The notes beneath the pieces are model-generated. The model saw nothing but the letters and a program-made list of their open reading frames with translations. It made no database searches and had not been told where the DNA came from. DNA of 64,000 nucleotides from Scenedesmus sp. PABB004 (taxonomy: Eukaryota): contig JABVCE010000038.1 in NCBI GenBank assembly GCA_014905635.1, positions 124,001-188,000 of the forward strand. The letters run 5' to 3'. A program made the position numbers and the translations under genes. Position 1 is the first letter of the stretch. Every line of letters starts with the position of its first letter. Below are positions 35,987-50,905 of this stretch, piece by piece.

Positions 35987-38365
35987 TCAGGGCGCGGGCC
36001 CGCCCTCGCCCGGCTGGCGCGTGAAGCGGAACTTGGGCTTGTCGGCGCTGAAGAAGCCCTCCTGCGCGCCGAGCGCGTCGCGCGCGATCTTGCGGAACCT
36101 GACGCACGGCGCGGCGCGGGGAGCGGGGGCGGCGGAGGGGAGGCGACGAGTGGGGAGCGTGGGCGAGGTGTGGGGGCGGGGGTAGGGGGGGGGCGCCACG
36201 ACAGGGCGCGGCGCGGCAGCGCGCGGGCAGCGGTGGCGGCGGTGTGCGGTGGCGGCGCGCGGTGTGCGCGCGGGCGCGCGCCTGTTCATCTTGTAGCCGG
36301 GCACGAGCTTGTCCACGAGGCCCTCCTCGTACGCCTGCTTCACGCTGAAGTAGCGCTTGCTGCGCAGACGCAGACGCAGACGCGGCGCGCGTGGGCGGCG
36401 GCGCTCGTGAGCGTGCGGGCGTGCGAGCGCCCCCGCCCCCGCCGCCCGCCCCTTCCGCGCGCCCGCCCCCGCTTCGCCCGCCCCTGGCCCCAAAGCAAAG
36501 CGTCCCCCACCGGTTCAGGTACTCCTTCTGGCAGGTCTCCAGGTCCTTGCCGGTCGAGCGCGCGAGAATGGCGGCGTAGTACTTGGTCGCATACTCCAGC
36601 TCGTTGGCCTGCGGGGCGCGGGGTTGAGGGGTCGGTCGGTGAGTGGTTGGTGAGTGGTTGGTGAGCGGTGGTTGGCAATTGTTGGCACTGACTGAGCGCG
36701 CGGCGGCACGCAGCGGCGCGCGAGGCGAGGCGAGGCGAGGGCCAGCGCGCGCGCGCGCGGGTGCGCCGGCCGCGGGCGCGCGCCTGCAGCTGCGCGTCGA
36801 CGGCCTGCCCAAACACGCGGTTCATGATCGGCGGCGCGGTCGAGATCTTGGCGTGCGGGAAGGAGTAGCGGTGGCCCTTCTGCCCCGCCGCGAGCAGCAC
36901 GGCCGCCTGGTTCTGAGCCTTCCACGTCACGCCTGCAAGCGCGGCGGCGCGGCGCGCCGGCGGGCGTTGGCGTCGGCGCGCGCCGGCGCTTGCATCCGCG
37001 CGGCGGCGCCGGCCGCGCGCAGCGCCCCAGCCCTCGCGCGCCGCGCCCGCCGCCGCCGGCTGGGGCAGCGCACCGGTGTAGAGCGGCGCGCGCGTGAAGC
37101 CGAGCGCGGCCCAGATCGCGTAGAACTCGTTGTCGGCGCTCACGGCCTGGCCCTTCTCGTTGATGCAGCCGGTGCTGTTGAGGTAGACGTAGATGGGCTT
37201 CTGCCGGTTGCGGTCGTCAAAGTCGAGGTAGTAGCACTGCGCGACGACGAGCTCCGTCACGCTCGGCAGGAACTGCCGAGCGGCGCGGGGGCGCGGCGGC
37301 GGCGGCGGCGTGGCGTGGGCGTGGGCGTGGCGTGGGCGGGCGGCGTGGAGCGCGGGTGTGAGCGGGCGTGCGTGTGAGTGCGTGTGGGTGTGGGTGTGGG
37401 AGGGAGGGAGGGAGAGGGAGGGAGGGAGGGCGTGTGAGCGGGCGCGGCGGCGGCGCAGGCAGCAGCGGCAGAGACAGCGGCGGCGCCGGCGTCGGGCGGC
37501 GGCGCACCGGCATGGAGATGTAGATCACGCGCTGCTGCAGCAGTAGGCTGGGCAGGTCGGGCGGGTTGCCGAAGCGCTCCGCCTCCGGCAGGAAGATGGG
37601 GCGGCCCTCAGGGTAGTTGGGATAGTCGCCGTACGCCGCGCGCGCGCCGCTGTAGCCGCGCCCCGCGCGCCCGCCCGGCCCGCGCGCGCCGCCCACGGCG
37701 CCGGCTCGCCGCCGGGACCGCCGCCGCCGGGCAGGCTGTACGCGGGCGTCGTGCTCGACGCGGTCGCGGCGCGCACGCTGAAGCCGAGGCTCGCGGGGTT
37801 GGCGGGGTCGAAGCGCTCGCCGCGCATGTACGCGCGGCTCGACAGCGTCGCCTGCGCGGCGGCGCGGCGCGGCGGCGGCGCGTGCGGCGCAGGGGCGCGT
37901 CGGCGGCGGCTGCGGCTGCGGCTGCATCCCCGCCCGCGCCCGCGCGCCCGGCCGGCATGCGCCGCAGCAGCAGCAGCGGCGGCGGCAGCAGCGCCGGCCG
38001 CCGCCGCGCACCGGGTCGGGCGTCGCCACGCCGCCGCCGCTCAGCCCCAGCGCCGCGATCTGCTGCGGCGTGAGGCCGTAGAGCGGCCGCTCCTGCTGCT
38101 CCTCGGGCTCCTCCGGCCCCTGCTGGCCCGGCGCGAAGCCCTCAAACTGGTCTGCTAGCTGGCTGCTGAGCCGGAAGAACTCCGCGTCGCCGTCAGAGTA
38201 GGAGGAGGACGGCCCAAACACCTTCCAGGTGCTGCTGCGCGCCGCCACGCGCCGGGGCGCCCGGGGCGGGCGGATCTCTGCTGCTGCCCGCTGCGGCGCG
38301 GCACCGGCGCGCCGGGCGCCGCCATGGCCGGCCGCGGGGGCCCGGCCGGCGCGCAATGCGTGCAT
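35987..38365 (-). CDS. clpR: Chloroplast Clp protease non-catalytic subunit (ClpR type)
   Basis: Transit-like N-terminus. PPDLPSLLLQQRVIYISMP, VTELVVAQ..YL, PIYVYLNSTG, AAVLLAAGQKGHR, YFSVKQAYEEGLVDK. The catalytic Ser and His positions are replaced (AQNQAA; HAKISTAPP), as expected for ClpR. Confidence 0.9.
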
Positions 38366-38677
38366 GGGGCCGCCGCACGGCTCGCGCCGGGCTGCGCCTG
38401 CGGCCCGAGCTGCTGCGGGCGGGCCTGCGTGGCCGCGCGGCGCGGGCCTGCGGAGGGCGTCGCCTGGCTGCTGCCTGGGGCCGCGCGGGGAATGGTGGAC
38501 CAGCGCCGGCGGCGGCGGCGGCGGTCCCGCGCGGCGCGGCCCGCCGCGGCGCAGCGCCGGGGCGTGGCGGCGACGCGCACGATTGCCGGTGGCGCCGCCC
38601 GCCCCCGCCTGCACGCGCTCGGGCACACTTGCTACCCAGACCCGCTCGTCCGGCCTGCCGCCGCTCGCCCGCGCTCA

Positions 38678-41282
38678 CTAGGCCGCGCCGGCGCCGCCGG
38701 CCTCGCCGCCGGCGCCGCCGCCGAGCGCCTCGCCGACCGCCTCGGCCGCGGCGAGCGCGGCGGCAAAGCCGCTCTGGCGCAGCGAGAGCGCCGCCATGCG
38801 GCTGCGCGCGGCGGTGAGCGGCGCGCTCGGCACCTCGCCCGCGGTGACCCAGGGGTGGTCGAGGCAGGCCGCCGCGGTGAGGCGCTGCGCCGGCTGCACG
38901 ACCAGCAGCTTGCGGACCAGGTCCTTGGCGCTGCGCGCGCGCGACGGCGGCGGCAGGGGCGGCGTTGGCGGTGCGGCGCGCGAGAGAGCCGAGAGAGGCG
39001 ACAGAGAGAGGCGTCGCCGCCGCGCGTGGCGAGCTCGCGTGCCGCCGTTTGCGCCGCCGCGCCGCGAGCGCGGCGCGCCTGTGGCTGATGACGTCCCAGA
39101 CCGGGTCGTCAAACGTGAACGCGCCGCGCCGGATCTGCTCGAACAGCGCGGGCTCGCTCTCGCTCCAAAACGGCGGGTAGCCGCCAAGCAGGATGTAGAG
39201 CACCACGCCCGCGCTCCACATGTCGACCTGCGCCCCGCGCGGCGCGTGGTGTATGCTGCGCGGCCGCACGCGCGCACGCGCGCAGCGAGCGCCCGAGCCC
39301 GCCCGCCGGCCGGCTGGGCAGCGGCGGCGGCGCGCGCTGCGCGCTGCGCGGCGAGCGCTGCGCGCTGCGCGGCGAGCGCTGCGCGCTGCGCGGCGAGCGC
39401 TGCGCGCTGCGCGGCGAGCGCCCGAGCTCAGGCGCCGCTCGGCCGCGCGGGGGCGGCCGTTTGCGGCAGGCCTCGCACGTGGGTGCTGTGCAAAAGCCTG
39501 GCAAACGGCCGCCGCCGGCCGGCCGAGCGGCGCGCCGGGCGGCGCGCGCAGCAGCTGGTGCCGGCGCCGTTGGTTTGGCCGCGCCGGGCCGCGCGCTCAC
39601 CGCGGGGCCGTACACCGTGCCCGCCGTGGCCTGGATGACCTCCGGCGCGACGTACTGCGGCGTGCCGCACACCGTGCTCATCGCGTCGGCGCTCTGCTTC
39701 GCCAGCCCAAAGTCGGCGATCTTGACCTGCGGCGCGCCGCGCGCCAGGCGGCCGCGTGGGCACGCGGCAGGCGTGTGCGCGGGGGGGGGGGGGGGGCGGC
39801 AGAGCGCTCCAGCCACGCCACGCGCCGCGCCTTGGTGATCTCGTCGGGCGAGGCGAGCAGCAGGTTCTCCAGCTTGAGGTCGCGGTGCACCACGTTCCTG
39901 CAAGCCGGGCGGCGGGGCGGTGAGAGACGAGCGGGGCGGTGAGAGAGAGACGAGGAGGCGGCGGGAGGTGAGCGGGCGGCCGTGTTGGTGGTCGCCGGCG
40001 GTCGCCGGCGGTGCGCCAACGCGCGCCGCACTTGCTGTGCAGGTACTGGATGCCGCGCAGGAGCTGCACAAACGCGAGCCGCGCCTCCGCCTCGCTGTAC
40101 GAGCCGCGCTGCAGCACCGCCTCGAGCAGCTCGCCGCCGGTCACGAGCTCGGTGATGAGGTACACCTGGCACGCGCGGTGTGGGTGCGTCGCCCACCCTC
40201 ATTCTCACACACACGCCCCGCTCCCCTTCCCAGACGCACGCATGCACACGCACACCCATCCACCACGACCCAGACCCACACCACACACCCCTCGGCCGCC
40301 GCCGCCGCCGCCGCACCTTGTTGCCCTCCTCAAAGTACTCCTTGAGGTAGACCACGTTGTCGTGGTTCAGGGCGCAGAGGATGTCAATCTCCTTGAAGAT
40401 GTCCTCGCTGAGTGCACGCCGCAGCGCAGCACAGCGCAGGCCACGGCAGCGCGGCGGAGCGGCACATAGGCGGGTGGGCGGGGCGCTTGCAGGACGCGCG
40501 GCGTGCACGCAGCGGCACGCCGGCGCACCGCGTGTTTTCGTTGTCCCCCGGCTCTGCGCCCGCGGGCGGCAGCGTCATGATCTTCACCGCGTACTGCTGC
40601 CCGCTGCGCCGGTCGGTGGCGAGCTTGACGATGGCAAAGCCTGGTGGGGTCCGGCGCGGCGGCGGCGCGGCCCCGCCGGCGTCGGCGGCAGCGCGCGCCG
40701 CCGACGCTGCGCGCGCCGCGGCGCGCTCGGGGGCGCGGGCCGCCGCCAGCGCGGCGCCAGAGCCGCGCCGCGCGCCGCACCGCCCGTGCCCAGGGTCTTG
40801 CCGAGCCTGTAGGCGTCCTTGACCTTGCAGTCGGTGCGCCGCTTGCACTCGCTGCGGCGCGGCGCGGCGGCGGAGGCGGCGCGCGCGCGTGAGCCCCGCG
40901 GCCAGACCGAGCGGCTCGGCGCGCCCGCAGCCCAGCGCCGCGCGGCGCCGCCCGCAAAACCAAAACACTCACGGCTGCTGCGGCGGGTCCGCCGCCGTGG
41001 CGCCGTCGCTGCCGCGCGGGCCCGCGCCCGGGCTCGCGGCGCGGTCGGGCTGCTGCGGCGGCGCCGGCGCGCCGGGCACCGGCGACGGCGGCGACGCCGG
41101 CTCGGCGGGGATGCTCCAATTGACCTTGCAGCCCTCGCCCTCGCCCTCAGGCGCCGCCTTGGCGCCCGCCTTGGCGCTGGCGGAGGGCGCCGACTTGGCG
41201 GCCGGCGGGGGCTCGCGGGAGCGCCGTCGCAGCTGCCGCGCGCCGCCGCCACGCCCGGGCCCTTGACGCAGACGTTTCCCAT
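38678..41282 (-). CDS. CaMK-group Ser/Thr protein kinase with an N-terminal myristoylation/palmitoylation-like signal and no EF-hands
   Basis: MGNVC start; LGTGGFAIVK, YAVKIM, HRDLKLENLL, KIADFGLAK, TVCGTPQYVAPE, DMWSAGVVLYILLGGYPPF. Confidence 0.92.
39334..39421. repeat. Intronic tandem repeat, 21-nt unit (GCGCTGCGCGCTGCGCGGCGA) x4
   Basis: Direct repeats inside a kinase intron, seen in the ORF track as RAARRAL repeats. Confidence 0.9.
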
Positions 41283-41631
41283 GGCGGAGGCGCCCCTGCC
41301 GGGCAGCCTCACGGCCTGGGCGGCCGCGCCGCGCGCGCGAGCAGCGGCGCTGCTGCGAATTGCACAGCCCGGCCACTGGCGAGGGCTGCACGGACGGGCT
41401 GGCACACGAGCGCGAGCGCGGCGACGGGGAGACAGGGTCCCGGACTGCCGGCTGCTGAGCTGCGAACGGCGGCGAGCAGCGGCGGCGCGAACGCGAGCCG
41501 CAGGCCGAGCGAGGGCGAGCGCGGGGAGCGTGGGACGGGCGCGGCGCGGTGTGGGCGGGCGTGGAAAGATGCTGGCGGGCAGGCGCCGCGCCCTCGCTAC
41601 ACCGCTACAGCCGCTGCACCCGCGCCCAGTC

Positions 41632-44600
41632 TCACCCGCTCGGCGGCCGGCACGTCAGCGCGGGCGCGCCGGCGCCGCCGGCGGCCGCGGCGAGCAGCTG
41701 CTCCAGGCTCAGCCGCAGCCCGTCGTCGGGCCACCCGCCGCCGCCCGCCTCGGCGCCGCCGCCGCCCACGGCGTCGCAGCACGCGACGCCCGCGTAGTGC
41801 CCCGCCGGCAGGCGCGGCGCCTCGGCGAGCCAGGGGCTGCCGCCGCCGGCGACCTCCACCCAGCGCGAGCGCCGCGCCCAGGGCATGCGCTGCGCGGGGC
41901 GCAGCGCGTTGCTGAAGCGCGCAGAGAGCCCCGGCTGGCGCGTCGTGAGCACCCCCGGGTCGGCGAGCATGCGCCACAGCCCAAACTTGTGCAGGTCGTC
42001 GCACAACACGCCGCGCTCGCTCGCGCCGCCGCACTCGCCCGGCTGCGGGCCGCGGAAGCGCACCCCCACGCGGAACGGCGCGGCGCGCACCGCGGCGAGG
42101 CCGCTCCAGCAGCAGTGCACCTGCGGCGCGGCGCGGCGGCGGCGGCGGCGGCGGCGGCGGTGAGAGCAGATGGCGCCCGCCAGCGACGGTCGGCCGCCGC
42201 CGCGGTGCTCGCTGCGCGCCGTCGTCGCCGTGTGCAGCGCGCCGCGCCGGCCCCACCTGCACTGGCAGGCCCGCGCCGAGCCGCCGCAGCGTGGGCGCAT
42301 GCGCGCCCGCCCAGAAGGGAGCGGCACTGAACGGCTGCCCGGTCACGAGGCGGCCCGTCGCAGCGTCGGCGTAGTATACAGGGTGCCGCGCCAGGTCGGC
42401 CGCGGTCGGGCGCAGCTGCTGCTGCTGCTCCTGCGCGGCCAGCGGCTGCGGGGCCGGGGAGGCGGCGGCCGCCGCGGGCGGACCAGGCGCCGCCGGATCC
42501 GCCGCCGCCAGCTGGCGCTCGGGCGGGCGCACGCGCGCCCCCTCGGCCGCCGCCGCCGCCGACAGCTCCCGCCGCGCCCCCGGAGGTGGCGCCGCTGCCT
42601 CGGCCGCCACCGGCGCCGCGGCCACCGCGGCCGTCGCCGGCGGCAGTGCCGCGGCCGGCGCAGCGGCCGGCGCCGCGGCCGGCGCCGGCGACGCCGCAGG
42701 GCGCGCGGCGGGCGTGGCCGCCACGGCCGGCCCTGCGGGCGCCTCAGGTGCACGCAGCTCCCAGCCGCACGCCATGTCGGCGTCGCGGTGCGCGAGCAGG
42801 CGGGTGAGGTCTGGCGAGCAGAAGAACGCGCCGCTGTCGATGAAGAGCAGCACGTCGGGCGCGAAGCAGGCAGCGGCCGTCGCTTCCGCCGCCGCCGCGG
42901 CCGCCGCTGCCGCTGCGACCGCGCCGTCCGCCTCCTCTCTCTCCACGCCAGGCGCGTAGCTCGCCGCGCCGCCGCCCTCGTCGCCCTCGGCCGCCGCCGC
43001 GACGCCGCTCTCGGCGTCGCGCGCCGCCGCGGCCACGCCGTCGGCCGGGCCGGCCACGACGACGTCGAGCCCTCCGGAGCCCTCCAGCTGCTGCCACTCC
43101 GCGTCGTCCGGCAGCTCACCGGCGTCGCCGCCGCCGCTGCCCGCGCCCGAACTGCTGCCCCCGCCGGCAGACGCGGCGGCGTCGCCGCCAGCGGCCGCGC
43201 CCGGCGCGCCGCCGTCGGCGGCCAGCCGTCGCGCCCCCGCGGGCTGCTGCTGCAGCGTCGCGCGGCGCCGCCGGTCGCCCGGCCCGTCGGGCTCGCGCCG
43301 CCAGTCCGGCTGCGGCACGCTCGGCGGCGCGTCGCCGCTGCTGCCGCACGCGGCTGCGTCAGCGGGCGGCTTGAACAGCGGCTCCAGCGCCAGGTTGCGA
43401 AGGCCCGCCCTGAAGTCAATTGGCGACTGGCCCTCCCTGCCGGCAGGCGGGGCGGGCAGCGCGGGTCAAGAGGCGGGGCGGCGCCCGGCGCGCTGCCAGG
43501 TGGCGCTGCGGCGGCGCGCCGCGCCGTGCAGGGCGCTCACCGCCGCGGCGCCGCGCGCGCGACCGCCGCCGGCACGCGCAGCGGCACGAGCAGCAGGCGC
43601 AGCACGTCGAGCCACAGCGGCGTCGCGTCGCTGCTGCCGGCATCCACGACGCTGAAGAACAGCGCGCCGGGGCTCCGCTGGATCGCAAACTGCACGGCAG
43701 CGGCGGGCGGCGGGCAGCAGGCATGGGCGGCGGGCGTGCCAGTGCACGCGGCTCACGGGCCGCGCCGCCGCCCGGCCCCGAGCTCCCGGCCCCGGGCTCC
43801 CCGCGCCCCGCCGCGCACCATCAGCAGGTGCAGCACCATGTTTGGCAGCGCGGCCCCGCCCTGCGCGAGCGCGACGACCACTGCGACGCGGCCGCCAGGC
43901 GCGTCGGGCGGCGGCGGCGCCGGCAGGCTGGGGTCGTCGGTGCCGCACGCCGCGAGCAGGCCGCTGCTCTTGAGCAGGAGCAGCGCGGCAGACATGAGCG
44001 CCTCCGCCGCGGCCTCTGCCGGCGCCGCCGCCGCCGCCGCAGCGGAGCCAGCGCCGGCCGCCCCGCTGCTGCCGGTGCCGCTGCCGCCGCTCGGCCCGCT
44101 GCTGCCGCCGCTGGCGGCGTCGGCCAGCGGCCGCCGGCCGCCGCCGCCCGCAGGCGTGAACTCGGCGCCCTTGTGCTGCTCCCGCTGCGCAGCCCAGCCG
44201 GTCGCCGGCGGCCGCACCGCCCAGGTGGTGCCCGGCGGCGGCGGCACGGCCGCGAAGGCGCGCCGGTAGCCGCTCCGCGCCGCGTCGGGGGTGACGCCGT
44301 GCCGCAGCGCTTCGCGCAGGAGCGTCGCCAGCCGCGCGACCTCGGGCGCACTGCCGTTGGCGAGCGGCGGCGGGTCGAGCGGGCCCAGCAGCGGCGGCCG
44401 CTGCGGGCGTGCCGCGGACGCGGCCGCGCCGCCGGCCGCGGGGCCGCCGGGGGGCGGGTCGGCCTCGTCCCGGTCCTGGTCCTCGTCGTCCTGGAGCCCG
44501 CTGCTGTTCGCGCTGGCGCCGCGGTCGACGGCCTCCGTGAACGGGAGCGCGTCCCACAGCGCCTCCACGCTCAGGCCGCCCAGCGGGTCGCCGCCGCTGG

Positions 44601-44880
44601 CGGCGGCGCTGTCTGCTGGCGCCGCCGCACGGCGCGCCGCCCAGAAGCGCCGGAGCTGCGCCGGCCCGTCAGGGGGCGCGGGCAGCGCCTCCGCCGCCAC
44701 CAGCGACACCAGCAGCAGCAGCAGCGCCGACGTGCCCCAGACCACCGCCAGCACCCAGCCGCGCAGGCCCCAGCTGCACGGCGGCGGCGGCGTCGCGGCA
44801 GCGGCCAGCGCTGCCGCCTGCTTCTCGCCGCCGCCGCTCGCCGAGCCCAGCTGCCGGGACGACGAGCTCTCCCTGAGCAT
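41632..44880 (-). CDS. Type II membrane glycosyltransferase, GT69/CAP59 (cryptococcal mannosyltransferase)-like
   Basis: Signal anchor WVLAVVWGTSALLLLLVSLVAA. Motif order LRNLALEPLF, VLLFIDSGAFFCSPDL..LL...ADMACG, PVQVHCCWSGLAAVRAAPF..GVRFR....GEC..SE...LCDDL matches the CAP59 family. The 3' end is taken at the first stop. Confidence 0.75.
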
Positions 44881-45207
44881 CGCCTCCCCCCACCCCAGCG
44901 CGCTCTCACGCGGCCGGGCACCGCCGCGCCGGCGGCGGCAGCGGCGCGCGCATCGCCGGCGCGTGCTGCACTGCGCTGGCCGGTGGGCCCTAGCTGGGCC
45001 GCGGGTCACGAGGGACCACTCGAAACTCTTGGGGCGCCGGACCGAGCATGTGCCGCCGGCATGTCGAACCCCGAACAAACGACGCACCGGCGCAACAGCC
45101 GCCGCGAAAGCAGCCACGCCGCAGCACCAAACCGCCCCCACACCCGCATTCCCGCTGCCCGACACGTCTCTCTGCCCCTCGCGCCTCGCCACGCCGCCGA
45201 TCGCGCG

Positions 45208-45717
45208 ATGCGCGCGAGTGCGCGCCCGCCGCTGCTGCTGCTGGCGGCAGCGATGCTGGCCGGCGTGGCGGCCGCCGCGCGCACCGGCAGCGCAGTCCAG
45301 CCGAAACTGCGGTGGGGCCCGCCCACGCCGTGGGGGCCGCCCGCGCCGGCGCCCGCACCTGAGCCCGCGCCCGGGCCCCCCGCGCCCGAGCCGCCCGCGC
45401 CCTCGCCCTCGCCCTCGCCCGGCGGCGGCGACCACCCTGGCGGCGGCTGCACGACGCTGCGCGAGCGGGACGACTGCGTGGCCGCCCCCGACTGCGTCTG
45501 GTGCAAGAACAAGTGGAGGTGCGGCGGCCGGCCGCGGCGCGCCGCGCCCCCTAGGTGCGCAGGCCTGCGCACCAGCCGACGCCCCGCGCCGCGCGGTGCC
45601 CGCAGCCCGATGCCCGGCAGCGACGGCGTGTGCGTGTCTGAGGAGGAGTCCAAGCGCCTGCCGGACATGAGTTACCACTGCTCCCACAAGCCGGAGGCGC
45701 TGCCGGCCGCGGCGTGA
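45208..45717 (+). CDS. Small secreted Pro-rich protein with a C-terminal 6-Cys module
   Basis: Signal peptide (LLLLAAAMLAGVAAAA), a PAPAPEP/SPSPSP tract, then C..LRERDDC...PDCVWC...GVC...YHC. One intron at 45519-45605. Confidence 0.75.
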   Translation: MRASARPPLLLLAAAMLAGVAAAARTGSAVQPKLRWGPPTPWGPPAPAPAPEPAPGPPAPEPPAPSPSPSPGGGDHPGGGCTTLRERDDCVAAPDCVWCKNKWRCGGRPRRAAPPRCAGLRTSRRPAPRGARSPMPGSDGVCVSEEESKRLPDMSYHCSHKPEALPAAA

Positions 45718-45954
45718 GCGGGGCGTGCGCAGGCAGGCAACACACTCGAGGTTTTGTGCGCCGCCGCCGCCGCCGTCGCGCGCTGCTGCTAGAAACGTAG
45801 CCGCCCGTTCAGCCGGCCCTGCTTCCCGCGGGCAGCGCCGCCGCAGCGGCGGCGCACAGTGCAGCGGCTTCCGGCAGCAGCGCCCGCCGCCGCCGCCGCG
45901 GCGCGCAGCAGCAGCGCACGGTCAGTGCCGAGCCGCCAGCGCATCGGTCCCAGG

Positions 45955-46983
45955 ATGCCGCTCCGCTGGCGCGGCGCGCTGGCGGTGGCGGTGGCCCTGC
46001 TGGCAGCAGCGCTGCTGCCGGCCATCTGCAGCGCCATCGAGGCTCCCTGCAGCGCCTGCGAGGCCGTGGCGGTGAGGCGGGGGCGCGGGTCGACTGCGGG
46101 GGTGGGCCGCCTCGCAACGCGCCGGGCCGCAGCCCTGCCGGCGCGCCGCGCACACAGCGGAGCGCCGCCGCGCGCAGGGCGAGCTGCAGCGGCGCCTGGA
46201 CGCGGAGCTGCCGCGCACCAAGCTGGACATGCGCCACCGCCTGGACAAGGACGGCAAGCGATACGGAAAGATAATTGAGTATCGGCTCAGCGAAATGAGG
46301 GCGAACGATCTGCTCGACGGGCTGTGTGACGATATGGATGACTTTCTGCTGATGGAGGCCCCGCCGGCAGCAGAGGCGGGTACAGGGGAGCAGGACGCGG
46401 CGGAGGGCGAGCCGACGGCGGCGGGGCCCAAGGCCAAGCCGTTCGCAGCGCCCAAGGCGCGGCGGCGGCGCGGCGCCGGCGCGGCGCCGGAGCTCGCGTG
46501 GGTGCGCTTCCGCGGCGCCGGCGCGGTGGACGTGGACCCCCTCAAGCGGTGCGCGCCGCGCCGCGCCGCGCCGCCTGCGCCGGCCGCCGCAGCGCCCGGC
46601 CCGGTGGCGCCCCAGCGCCCCGCGCCGCGCGGCGCCCCGCAGGCCAAGCAAGGCGGAGCAGGAGGCGCGGGGCAAGGCGTTGAAAGCATTCTGCGGGCTC
46701 CTGATTGAGGAGCACGAGGACGACGTCGTCGCGGCGCTGACGGGCGAGGCCTTCGCGCGACGCGGTGCGCCGGCGGGGCCCCGCGCGGCGCGCGCGGCGC
46801 GGCGTCCGGACGCGCGCGCGCGCGCGCGCGCGCTCACGGCCGCCGCCGGCGGCGCCGCGCGCAGGCGTCGCGCCGGTGCTGTGCGGCGAGGTCGCGGGCA
46901 AGTGCTCTCCCGCGGCGGCGCCGCCGGAGGACGGCGACGCCGACGGCGGGCCCGACGCCACGGGCGGCGCGGACGAGCTGTGA
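45955..46983 (+). CDS. Canopy (CNPY)/saposin-like ER protein (DUF3456)
   Basis: Signal peptide, CSACEAVA, LDMRHRLDKDGKRYGKIIEYRLSEMR..DLLDGLC, LKAFCGLLIEEHEDD, VLCGEVAGKC, and a C-terminal ADEL* ER-retention-like signal. Confidence 0.88.
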
Positions 46984-47044
46984 TGACGAGCTGTGCTCTG
47001 GGGGAGGGGCAGGAGAGCAGCTGGGCCTGAGGAGAGCGAGCTGA

Positions 47045-50430
<3,386 letters not shown>

Positions 50431-50905
50431 GGGGGGCAGAGGGCAGATGAGACAGCGCGGGGCGGCGGCGCCGCGCGGCGCGGCCGAGGCGGGCGTGCGC
50501 GTGCGCGCGGGCCGCACGGCCCGGCGCGGGGCGGAGCTCCCTGGGAGGTCCGGGGCGGGCGGGCACCGCTGCCAGCAGACAGGCGCGGCCGGCACGCGCG
50601 CGCTGCGCAAGCGCGCGGCGGCGGGGCACGGCCGGGCGCGGGGCGAAAAACCGCGGCGCTGTGACGCGCCGGCGGGGCGCGTGATCGCGCCTGCAACGTC
50701 CGCCTCACACCTCCGCAGTCGCTCGGGAGCTCCCGCGCCCGCCTGGCCGCCCTGGCCGCGACCATCACACCCGGCACACCGCGCCCGCGCACCGTCTCGG
50801 CCCCAATGTCGCGCTGCATGCAGCTGACACGAGCTTGAGCGGCAGGAGCGCGCAGCTGCGGCGCCTGCGCCGGCCCCCGGTGAGGGGCGGGCGGCGGCAG
50901 GCAAG

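Noticed and set aside
35987..38365. Clp subunit lacking its catalytic triad as a pseudogene
   Set aside because: Loss of the triad is the normal state of plastid ClpR subunits, and the frame is intact.
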